DNA of 64,000 nt from Oscillospiraceae bacterium (GTDB lineage: Bacteria; Bacillota; Clostridia; Oscillospirales; Ruminococcaceae), in assembly GCA_900770285.1 (NCBI GenBank), contig CAAGJO010000003.1:9989-73988 (forward strand). The letters run 5' to 3'. Shown in pieces: positions 9,015-17,173 of the stretch (position 1 is the stretch's first letter; every line of letters starts with the position of its first letter). A program made the position numbers and the translations under genes. The notes below the pieces were generated by a model. It was not told where the DNA came from, did not search any database, and saw only the letters and a program-made list of their open reading frames with translations.

Positions 9015-10397
9015 ATGTCTGATTCTATTACAAATCTTGCTGAACTGAAGCAAAAAGCTGAGGTTCAATCCGCTGCAAGAACTCGTTTGACATATTTGTT
9101 TGATGAAGGTATATTTACAGAGCTTGATCCTTATGTAACTTCAGGTTCCGATCTGAGTGGAGTTATTACTGCTTTTGGTTATGCTGACGGCAATCCTGTA
9201 TATGCTTTTTCGCAAGACATTAACGTTAAAAGCGGTGCTTTAACTGAAGCTCAGACAAAGAAAATTATTAAAATATATGATCTCGCTGCAAAGACGGGTA
9301 TCCCTGTTGTAGGAATTTATGATTCCTTTGGAGCTGATCTTTCCAATGACTGTAAGGCTCTTAATTCTTACGGTGAACTTTTAATGTGGACTTCAAATCT
9401 TTCAGGAGTTGTTCCGCAGATTTCCATTGTTGCCGGCACTTGTGCAGGTACATCTGCAATGTTGGCAGAATCTGCTGACTTTGTGATTATGACTAAGGAC
9501 GCAGAGCTTTACATCGCACCAAACAGCAACGTTAAGAACTCAGCTGAAAATGCTGCCAAGAACGGTACTGCTGCTTTGGTAGCAGAAGATGATGAAAAAG
9601 CTGTTGAGGCTGCTAAGAATATTTTGGCAAAGCTTCCTCAGAACAACCTTTCACCAGTTCCGATGTATGAGTTTGAAGCATCTGACGCTGCTTTCGGTTC
9701 TGATGCTGAGGCACAGGTTAAAGCACTTTGCGACGCAGAAAGCGTTATCGAGCTTTCTGCAGGATTCGGTAAAGCTGCTTACACAGCTCTTGGTTCAATC
9801 GGCGGTGCTGCAGTAGGTATTGCAGCAACAAACAAGACTGCTGATAAGCTTGCGGCTGATGACTGCACAAAGATTGCAAGATTCGTAAGATTGTGTGATG
9901 CTTTTGCGATTCCCGTTATTACATTGGTTGATACAGAAGGCTTTAAGGCAGATGATGATACAGAAGCTGCCGGAGCTGTAAGACAGATGACAAAGCTTGC
10001 ACATGCATATGCAGAGGCTACTACTATTAAAATCTCTGTTGTAACAGGCAAGGCTTATGGACCTGCATTTATTGCTCTTGCAGGAAGAGGTTCAAATGCA
10101 GATTTGGTTTATGCAACAGAAAGTGCAGTAATTTCTGCATTAAATCCTGTTACTGCTGTTGAATTCCTTGAGCATGACGAACTTAAGAATGCTAAAGATC
10201 TTACTGCTGACAGAAAAGCTCTTGCAGACAAGTTTGCAAAGGAAAATGCAAGTGCTGCAAATGCTGCTGCCAACGGAATTGTAGACAGTGTAATTGACAG
10301 CACAACTGTTCGTGATACAATAGTTAATTCAATTGAAATTATGGCAGGCAAGCGTATTTCAAGACTGCCTAAGAAGCATAGCAACATTCAGTTGTAA
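9015..10397 (+). CDS. Acyl-CoA carboxyltransferase-domain protein (12S/PccB-like, divergent)
   Basis: Tandem CT domains: SGVVPQIS, TCAG, KIARFVRLCDAFAIP, KAYG, C-terminal PKKHSNIQL; SD AGGAGG before ATG 9015. Confidence 0.88.
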   Translation: MSDSITNLAELKQKAEVQSAARTRLTYLFDEGIFTELDPYVTSGSDLSGVITAFGYADGNPVYAFSQDINVKSGALTEAQTKKIIKIYDLAAKTGIPVVGIYDSFGADLSNDCKALNSYGELLMWTSNLSGVVPQISIVAGTCAGTSAMLAESADFVIMTKDAELYIAPNSNVKNSAENAAKNGTAALVAEDDEKAVEAAKNILAKLPQNNLSPVPMYEFEASDAAFGSDAEAQVKALCDAESVIELSAGFGKAAYTALGSIGGAAVGIAATNKTADKLAADDCTKIARFVRLCDAFAIPVITLVDTEGFKADDDTEAAGAVRQMTKLAHAYAEATTIKISVVTGKAYGPAFIALAGRGSNADLVYATESAVISALNPVTAVEFLEHDELKNAKDLTADRKALADKFAKENASAANAAANGIVDSVIDSTTVRDTIVNSIEIMAGKRISRLPKKHSNIQL

Positions 10398-10424
10398 TAA
10401 TTTTATAATAAGGTGGTAAATATT

Positions 10425-10787
10425 ATGAAAAGATATAACATTACTGTAAATGGAAAAGCTTATGATGTAGCTGTTGAAGAAATGGGCGCTGACAGCACAA
10501 CCGCTCCTGTAGCTGCTGCTCCTGCCGCTGCACCAAAGGCAGCACCTGCTCCTGCTGCAGCCCCTGTTGCAGACGGAACAAAGGTTACAGCTCCAATGCC
10601 TGGAACAATTCTTGATATCAAGGTTGCTGTTGGCGATACTGTTAAGGCTGGTCAGGCTATTGTAGTTCTTGAGGCTATGAAGATGGAAAATGACGTTAAT
10701 GCTCCTTGCGATGGTAAGGTGCTCAGCATTAATACAACAAAGGGTTCAGCTGTTGAAACCGGTGCTGTACTTGCAGTAATCGGCTAA
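10425..10787 (+). CDS. Biotin carboxyl carrier protein (1.3S/GcdC-like)
   Basis: YNITVNGKAYDV N-terminus, Ala/Pro linker, EAMKMEN biotinylation motif. Confidence 0.93.
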   Translation: MKRYNITVNGKAYDVAVEEMGADSTTAPVAAAPAAAPKAAPAPAAAPVADGTKVTAPMPGTILDIKVAVGDTVKAGQAIVVLEAMKMENDVNAPCDGKVLSINTTKGSAVETGAVLAVIG

Positions 10788-10827
10788 TATTTCGCATAGC
10801 TTTTTGCTTTTGAAAGGAATGAAATAA

Positions 10828-12225
10828 ATGTCAAAGCTTAAAATTACAGAAACGGTTCTTCGTGATGCACATCAGTCTTTGATTGCAACAAGAATGTCAA
10901 TGGATGAAATGAAGCCGATCCTTTCGGAAATGGATAAAATCGGATTTTATTCCTGCGAGGTATGGGGCGGTGCAACATTCGATTCCTGCATAAGATTTTT
11001 AAATGAAGATCCATGGGAAAGACTTCGTACAATAAGAAAAGAAATGCCTAATACAAAGCTTCAGATGCTTTTCAGAGGACAGAATATGCTTGGATATCGT
11101 CATTATGCAGACGATCTGGTTGAATATTTTGTTCAGAAGTCTATTGCCAACGGTATTGATATAATCAGAATTTTTGACGCACTTAATGATATCAGAAACC
11201 TTGAAACCGCTATTAAAGCTGCAAATAAGGAAAAAGGTCATGCACAGGTTGCAATTTCATATACACTCGGTGAAGTTTTCACTCATGAGTATTATATGAA
11301 TTATGCAAAACAGATTGAAGAGGCAGGTGCTGATTCTATTTGTATTAAGGATATGGCTGCATTGCTCACACCATATGAAGCTGCATCATTGGTTAAGGAT
11401 ATTAAATCAGTTGTCAAGATTCCTGTACAGCTACATACTCATTATACATCAGGCCTTGCCTCAATGTGTATTATTAAAGCTGTAGAGGCAGGCGTTGACG
11501 CTGTTGATACAGCTATGTCGCCTCTTGCTCTTGGAACATCACATGCTCCTACAGAATCCATTGTCGCAACATTCAAGGATACTCCATATGATACAGGTCT
11601 TGATCTTGTTAAGCTCAATGAAATCAGAGATTACTTTATGACATTGCGCAAAAAGTATATTGATAACGGTCTTCTTGATCCTTCAATGCTTGCAACAAAT
11701 ACAAATGCACTTCTTTATCAGGTGCCAGGCGGAATGCTTTCAAACTTGCTTTCACAGTTAAAGCAGGCAGGAAAGGCTGATCAGCTTGAAGATGTTCTTA
11801 AAGAAGTTCCAAAGGTTCGTAAAGATTCCGGATATCCTCCTCTTGTTACTCCAACATCACAGATTGTTGGTACACAGGCTGTATTCAATGTAATTATGGG
11901 CGAGAGATACAAGACAGTTACAAAAGAATTCAAGGGACTTGTTAAGGGTGAATACGGTAAAACACCTGTTCCTATTGACCCTGAATTCCAGAAGAAAATT
12001 CTTGGTGACGAAAAGCCTATTACTTGCCGTCCTGCTGATTTGCTTGAGCCTGAACTTGAGCAAATGAAGAAGGAATGTGCGGAATGGACAGAGCAGGAAG
12101 AAGATGTTCTTACTTATGCAATGTTCCCAAAGGTTGCACCTAAGTTCTTTAAACAGAGAAGAGATAAACTCTACGGAGTTGACGGAGCTCACTCTGATGC
12201 TGAAAACAAGGTTCATCCTGTATAA
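10828..12225 (+). CDS. Pyruvate carboxyltransferase (oxaloacetate decarboxylase alpha / transcarboxylase 5S-like, no biotin domain)
   Basis: LRDAHQSL, WGGATFD, CIKDMA, LHTH, QVPGGMLSNL, VTPTSQIVG. Confidence 0.92.
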   Translation: MSKLKITETVLRDAHQSLIATRMSMDEMKPILSEMDKIGFYSCEVWGGATFDSCIRFLNEDPWERLRTIRKEMPNTKLQMLFRGQNMLGYRHYADDLVEYFVQKSIANGIDIIRIFDALNDIRNLETAIKAANKEKGHAQVAISYTLGEVFTHEYYMNYAKQIEEAGADSICIKDMAALLTPYEAASLVKDIKSVVKIPVQLHTHYTSGLASMCIIKAVEAGVDAVDTAMSPLALGTSHAPTESIVATFKDTPYDTGLDLVKLNEIRDYFMTLRKKYIDNGLLDPSMLATNTNALLYQVPGGMLSNLLSQLKQAGKADQLEDVLKEVPKVRKDSGYPPLVTPTSQIVGTQAVFNVIMGERYKTVTKEFKGLVKGEYGKTPVPIDPEFQKKILGDEKPITCRPADLLEPELEQMKKECAEWTEQEEDVLTYAMFPKVAPKFFKQRRDKLYGVDGAHSDAENKVHPV

Positions 12226-12238
12226 ATATTAATAATAT

Positions 12239-12272
12239 AACTCCTCTTATGAAAACCATAAGGGGAGTTTTT
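12239..12272 (+). terminator. Rho-independent terminator
   Basis: AACTCCTCTTATG-AAAAC-CATAAGGGGAGTT then TTT. Confidence 0.8.
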
Positions 12273-12495
12273 GGCTGTGTATGCGCCGTCCGCGGCAGGG
12301 GTGTGCCTATTATAACTTTGTTAATAAACAGAATATTGTTTTACGGCGGAAACTTTGTACAGATATCAGAAAACTTATATTGTTTTCTTTGTTACGTCGA
12401 CGCACAGAACTTGATATTTGAACAAATAATAAAACCTGTGTCGTGGGAGCAAAGATAATGTAACGGTCAAATGGTCACGTATTCTGCCATCCGCA

Positions 12496-15138
12496 CTAGG
12501 ACTTAATTTTGTTAAAAATTCCTGCCAGAAGAGGAACAGCAAACGAACATACCAGAGAAATCAACCATACTGAAAAACTTGGATGGCAAAGTGCGAAAAC
12601 GCCGCTGAAAATCGGTACATAAATGCACAATAACAAACAAATTACGGATATGAGTACTGAAAACAGTAAAAATGGATTTGAGAGAGGATTAATTGAAAAT
12701 AATGATTTTTCTTCGCTTTTGCACTCAAAAACGTGAATAAGCTGTGATATAATCAGTGTTATGAGTGCACCTGTCCGGCACATTTCAAGGCTATGACCCG
12801 ATTTTAGTAAAATCGTAAAGCAGCCAAGAGTGCAAAGACCAATTAAGATTCCCCGCATAATAATTCTGTTGAGCAAACCGCCGCTGAAAAAGCTGTCGCT
12901 TTCTTTTCTCGGCGGTTTTTTCATTACGCTTTTTTCGCTGGGCTCAAGCCCTAATGCTACCGCAGGCAAACCGTCTGTTACAAGATTTACAAGCAAAATC
13001 TGTGAGGGAATCAGGACCATAGGCAGTCCCATTATTATTCCTCCAAACATGGTTAGAACCTCACCGATGTTGCAGGAAATCAGATATCTTACAAATTTGC
13101 GTATGTTCTGATATATTGTTCTTCCTTCTCGTACAGCTGAAACAAGAGTGGCAAAATTATCGTCTAATAGTATTACGTCGGCAGCTTGCTTTGTAACGTC
13201 GGTGCCTGAAATACCCATTGATACGCCTATTGACGCTTCTTTAATTGCAGGGGCATCGTTTACGCCGTCTCCTGTCATGGCACATATTTTGCCTTTTGAT
13301 TTAAAAGCTTTTATTATTCTCAGTTTATGCGCGGGAGTTACTCGTGCATAAACGCTGATTTTATCAAGAGAATCTGTCAGCTGTCGGTCGCTCATTTTGT
13401 CCAGTTCTTTGCCTGTTATAGCAATTTCTCCGTCATGTAAAATGCCCACTTCTTTTGCAATAGCACAGGCTGTGAGTTTGTGGTCACCTGTTATCATAAC
13501 TGGTTTTATGCCTGCACGCCTGCATTCAGATACAGCTTTTTTAGCTTCAGGACGGGGTGGGTCACTGATTCCGATTAGTCCAAGAAAAGTGACTTTTCCG
13601 TCATTTTCTTGTGAAAAGCCAAGAACACGCAAGCCTTTGTCAGCCATTTCAGCACATTTTAATGTAACGGCTGTTTTTTCTGCAATAGTAAGTTTGATTT
13701 GTTCACCTGTTTTGGATAAAGTGTATTGACATTCAGCTAAAATAACATCAGCTGCACCTTTTTTGTATATCAAAAGTTTTCCATTGGCATCTGAACAAGT
13801 CACTGACATAAATCGCTTTTCACTTTCAAAAGGAATCTCATCAATTCTTTTTAAACCAAGGCTGTCGGTTTCTAAACCGCTGATTTTTACTGCTGAGAGT
13901 AATGCGGTTTCGGTCGGGTCACCTGAAAATTTGTATCTGGAGTTGCTTCCGTGACGGTTTCGCAGAATGCTTGGAGAAGACTGCTCAACTTTTGCATTGT
14001 TGCAAATACCTGCACAGGACATAAGCTGATTAAGCTGATAGCTGTTATGAGCCATAACACATTTTCCCTCAGCGTTGACAAAACAGTTTTCTGAATATTT
14101 TATGTTTTCTCCTGAGAGATAAATTTCTGTAACAGACATTTTGTTCATTGTCAGTGTGCCTGTTTTGTCAGTGCAGATAACTGATGCACAGCCAAGTGTT
14201 TCCACTGAATGAAGTTTATGTACAAGGGCATTTCGTTTCAGCATTTTTCTAACTGCCATTGCAAGAGCTATTGTAACTGTTGCGGGAAGTCCTTCAGGAA
14301 TAGCGGCAATAGCAATAGTTATGCCCGTCATAAACATATCGAAAATAGGCTCTCCCCTGATGACACCTGCAATGAAAACTAATATGCATACGCCGATACA
14401 AATAAATGCAAGAGCTTTTCCAAGTTCGGCAAGTTTTATTTGCAGAGGAGTACGGTCGTCATCAATGGATTCCAGCATTTTTGAAACCTTGCCCATTTGT
14501 GTTCTCTGTCCTGTGGTAACAGCCTCAATTCTTGCTTTGCCTTTTGTTACAACTGTTCCCATATATGCCATGTATGGCAGGTTTAAGCTTGAAAATTCAA
14601 CCTCTGTTGTTCTTGCAATCTTGTTTACCGGTTCTGCTTCACCTGTTAAAATAGATTCATCACATGAAAGGTTTTTGCAGGCTATTATGTATCCGTCGCA
14701 GGATATACGGCTACCGGATTCGACTTCTATAACATCTCCCGGAACTATTTGAGATGCAGAAATTGTAATCAGCTTGTTATTGCGGTAAACTTTTGCGGTG
14801 GGTGCGGTCATCTCTTCGAGTTTTTCCAGGGTTTTTTCACATCTGTATTCCTGTATGAAACCCAGAGCAGCATTTAATACAACTATTATCATAATCGGAA
14901 TTGCGTCAGCATATTCCCCCATAAGTACTGAAATAACCATTGCTATAAGCAGTATCAGTACCATTATGTCATGAAATTGTCCTGCAAAAATTTTCAAAGC
15001 ATTCTTTTTCTTTTTAGCAGTAATTTTGTTTTCTCCGGTGATTTTTAAAAGCCTTGCAGCTTCATCAGATGACAGACCAATGTTTTCAGTTATTTGTTTT
15101 TCATTGGTATGCAGATCTGCCGATAGTACATCAAGCAT
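12496..15138 (-). CDS. Cation (Ca2+-type, P2A) transporting P-type ATPase
   Basis: LTGE, IPEGLP, DKTGTLT, MITGDH, TGDGVNDAPA, NLVTDGLPA. Confidence 0.93.
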   Translation of the reverse strand: MLDVLSADLHTNEKQITENIGLSSDEAARLLKITGENKITAKKKKNALKIFAGQFHDIMVLILLIAMVISVLMGEYADAIPIMIIVVLNAALGFIQEYRCEKTLEKLEEMTAPTAKVYRNNKLITISASQIVPGDVIEVESGSRISCDGYIIACKNLSCDESILTGEAEPVNKIARTTEVEFSSLNLPYMAYMGTVVTKGKARIEAVTTGQRTQMGKVSKMLESIDDDRTPLQIKLAELGKALAFICIGVCILVFIAGVIRGEPIFDMFMTGITIAIAAIPEGLPATVTIALAMAVRKMLKRNALVHKLHSVETLGCASVICTDKTGTLTMNKMSVTEIYLSGENIKYSENCFVNAEGKCVMAHNSYQLNQLMSCAGICNNAKVEQSSPSILRNRHGSNSRYKFSGDPTETALLSAVKISGLETDSLGLKRIDEIPFESEKRFMSVTCSDANGKLLIYKKGAADVILAECQYTLSKTGEQIKLTIAEKTAVTLKCAEMADKGLRVLGFSQENDGKVTFLGLIGISDPPRPEAKKAVSECRRAGIKPVMITGDHKLTACAIAKEVGILHDGEIAITGKELDKMSDRQLTDSLDKISVYARVTPAHKLRIIKAFKSKGKICAMTGDGVNDAPAIKEASIGVSMGISGTDVTKQAADVILLDDNFATLVSAVREGRTIYQNIRKFVRYLISCNIGEVLTMFGGIIMGLPMVLIPSQILLVNLVTDGLPAVALGLEPSEKSVMKKPPRKESDSFFSGGLLNRIIMRGILIGLCTLGCFTILLKSGHSLEMCRTGALITLIISQLIHVFECKSEEKSLFSINPLSNPFLLFSVLISVICLLLCIYVPIFSGVFALCHPSFSVWLISLVCSFAVPLLAGIFNKIKS

Positions 15139-15288
15139 ATCCTTTCTCCTTTCAATTTCATAGATTTAATACTTCTCTGACTATATTTTATTCATAATAG
15201 TTCTAAAAAATAACCAAGCTATCAGTAATGTTAAATGTTACTAATGATTAAATAGAATGAACAAAATGTTAAGAATTTGTGCAAACTG

Positions 15289-15316
15289 TTGAATTTATAG
15301 CTAAAAGTGTTATAAT
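15289..15316 (+). promoter_or_regulatory. SigA-type promoter of ptsI
   Basis: TTGAAT-16 bp-TATAAT with extended TG. Confidence 0.55.
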
Positions 15317-15382
15317 ATAATTAAGAGAAGTATACATTAAAAAAGTATATGTTAATATTCTGTATTAAAAGAGGTGAACGAA

Positions 15383-17047
15383 ATGATTAAGTTAAAAGGA
15401 ATACCTATTTTTTATGGAATAGCAAAAGCCAAACTTTCCTGTTATAAGCATAACGAAGCAGCTGTTGAAAAGCGGATTATCGATAATCCGCAGGCAGAGT
15501 TGGCAAAATATGAATCTGCTAAGCTTAGAACGATTAAGGAATTGAATGAGCTTTATGAGAAATCTCTGAAAATTTTAACTGAGAATGAAGCTGACATTTT
15601 TCTTATTCAGCAGATGATTTTAAATGACTATTTCTTTGATTCATCCATGCAGCAGCTTATCCTCGAAAAAAATTTTAATGCTGAATATGCGGTGGTAAAA
15701 ACAGCTGCAAAATCATCACAGATGCTTTCAAACATCAGTTCGGACTACATAAAAGCAAGGTCGGCGGATATTAAAGACGCCTGTGACAGATTGCTGAAAA
15801 ACCTGCTTTCTCTTTCGGACACAGATTTTAAGATGACCGAAAAATGCATATTGTACGCTGATTATTTCATGCCTTCGGAAATTATAAATATTGATAAGAA
15901 CAAGGTTCTTGGACTATGCACAAAATTCAGTTCCAAAAATTCTCATACAGCAATTTTAGCACGCAATATGAATATACCATCTGTTATGGGGTTAAAAGGG
16001 GAGTGTATTGATAATTTTGACGGACATACAGCCATTATAGACGGCTACGACGGCAACTTATATATTGACCCTGATGAAGCAACGGTCAAACAGATGAAAA
16101 ATAAAGAGGAACAGGAGCAGTTCAAACGTGGTCTGTTAAGACAGTTTATCGGCAGACGCAGTGTGACTCTTGACAGAACCAAAGTTAATGTTTACGCTAA
16201 TATAAGCAGCATTGAAGATTTAGATGCTGTCATAAAAAATGACGGTGAGGGTATAGGTCTTTTCAGAAGCGAGTTTATATATTGCAGTGCTGAGAATATG
16301 CCTGATGAAGAGTATCAGTATTATTGTTATTCCCAGGCAGCAAAAGCTATGAAAGGTAAAAGAGTTGTAATCCGTACTATTGATATCGGAGCTGATAAAA
16401 ATGTCAGCTATCTGAATATGCCGAAAGAAGAAAATCCTGCGCTAGGATTGCGTGCAATAAGGTTGTGCCTTGAACGTCCGAATATGTTAAAAACCCAGCT
16501 GAAAGCACTTTATCGTGCCGCAGTTTTTGGAAATCTTGCAATTATGCTGCCGATGATCGTAGATGTTACGGAAATATATGAAGTAAAAAAAATAGCCGAA
16601 CAGGCTAAGCAGGAATTGCGTGACGAAGGCAAAGAGTTCAAAGAAAATGTTGAAATGGGTATAATGATTGAAACCCCTGCCGCTGTTATGCTCAGCGACA
16701 TACTGGCTAAAGAGGTTGATTTTTTCAGTATTGGAACAAATGACCTGGAGCAGTATACTTTGGCTATAGACAGACAGAATACAAATGTGGAAAAATATTG
16801 CAAACCTCATCATCTTGCTATACTGCGAATGGTAAAAATAGTTTGCGAGAATGCAAAAAAATATCATAAAAATGTTTGTATATGCGGTGAACTTGGGGCA
16901 GATTTAAAGCTTACTGAAGCTTTTATAGCCTTGGGAGTTAATTCTTTCTCAGTTAATTCTACATATATTTTGCCTTTGCGTAAGAAAATACGCTCTCTTA
17001 ATGTATCGGACAAAAAGAAAATTCTCAAAAAGTATAATGTTATATGA
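15383..17047 (+). CDS. ptsI: Phosphoenolpyruvate-protein phosphotransferase (PTS enzyme I)
   Basis: SHTAILAR (phospho-His), GIGLFRSE, EENPALGLRAIR, MIETPAA, FSIGTNDL, ICGE; SD GAGGTG before ATG 15383. Confidence 0.94.
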   Translation: MIKLKGIPIFYGIAKAKLSCYKHNEAAVEKRIIDNPQAELAKYESAKLRTIKELNELYEKSLKILTENEADIFLIQQMILNDYFFDSSMQQLILEKNFNAEYAVVKTAAKSSQMLSNISSDYIKARSADIKDACDRLLKNLLSLSDTDFKMTEKCILYADYFMPSEIINIDKNKVLGLCTKFSSKNSHTAILARNMNIPSVMGLKGECIDNFDGHTAIIDGYDGNLYIDPDEATVKQMKNKEEQEQFKRGLLRQFIGRRSVTLDRTKVNVYANISSIEDLDAVIKNDGEGIGLFRSEFIYCSAENMPDEEYQYYCYSQAAKAMKGKRVVIRTIDIGADKNVSYLNMPKEENPALGLRAIRLCLERPNMLKTQLKALYRAAVFGNLAIMLPMIVDVTEIYEVKKIAEQAKQELRDEGKEFKENVEMGIMIETPAAVMLSDILAKEVDFFSIGTNDLEQYTLAIDRQNTNVEKYCKPHHLAILRMVKIVCENAKKYHKNVCICGELGADLKLTEAFIALGVNSFSVNSTYILPLRKKIRSLNVSDKKKILKKYNVI

Positions 17048-17096
17048 AAATCCGTTTGTGCGGTTGTTATAATCTTGAATATTTTGGTTTTGGTAC

Positions 17097-17125
17097 TTGC
17101 AAATCATTGATGAATAGTGTATAAT
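17097..17125 (+). promoter_or_regulatory. SigA-type promoter of asnB
   Basis: TTGCAA-17 bp-TATAAT. Confidence 0.65.
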
Positions 17126-17173
17126 TAATTGTATATTATCCAGATTTAATCTGCGGGAAATGAGGCTTATGAT

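Noticed and set aside
10495..10570. GCT/CCT short tandem-like repeats
   Set aside because: They simply encode the Ala/Pro linker of the biotin carrier; not a CRISPR or contingency locus.
10828..12225. Sodium-pumping oxaloacetate decarboxylase (oadGAB)
   Set aside because: No beta or gamma membrane subunit in the transcription unit, and the alpha-like protein lacks a fused biotin domain.
12249..12458. 69-aa ORF after the pyruvate carboxyltransferase gene
   Set aside because: Its ATG lies within the terminator stem, with no SD and no recognisable motif.
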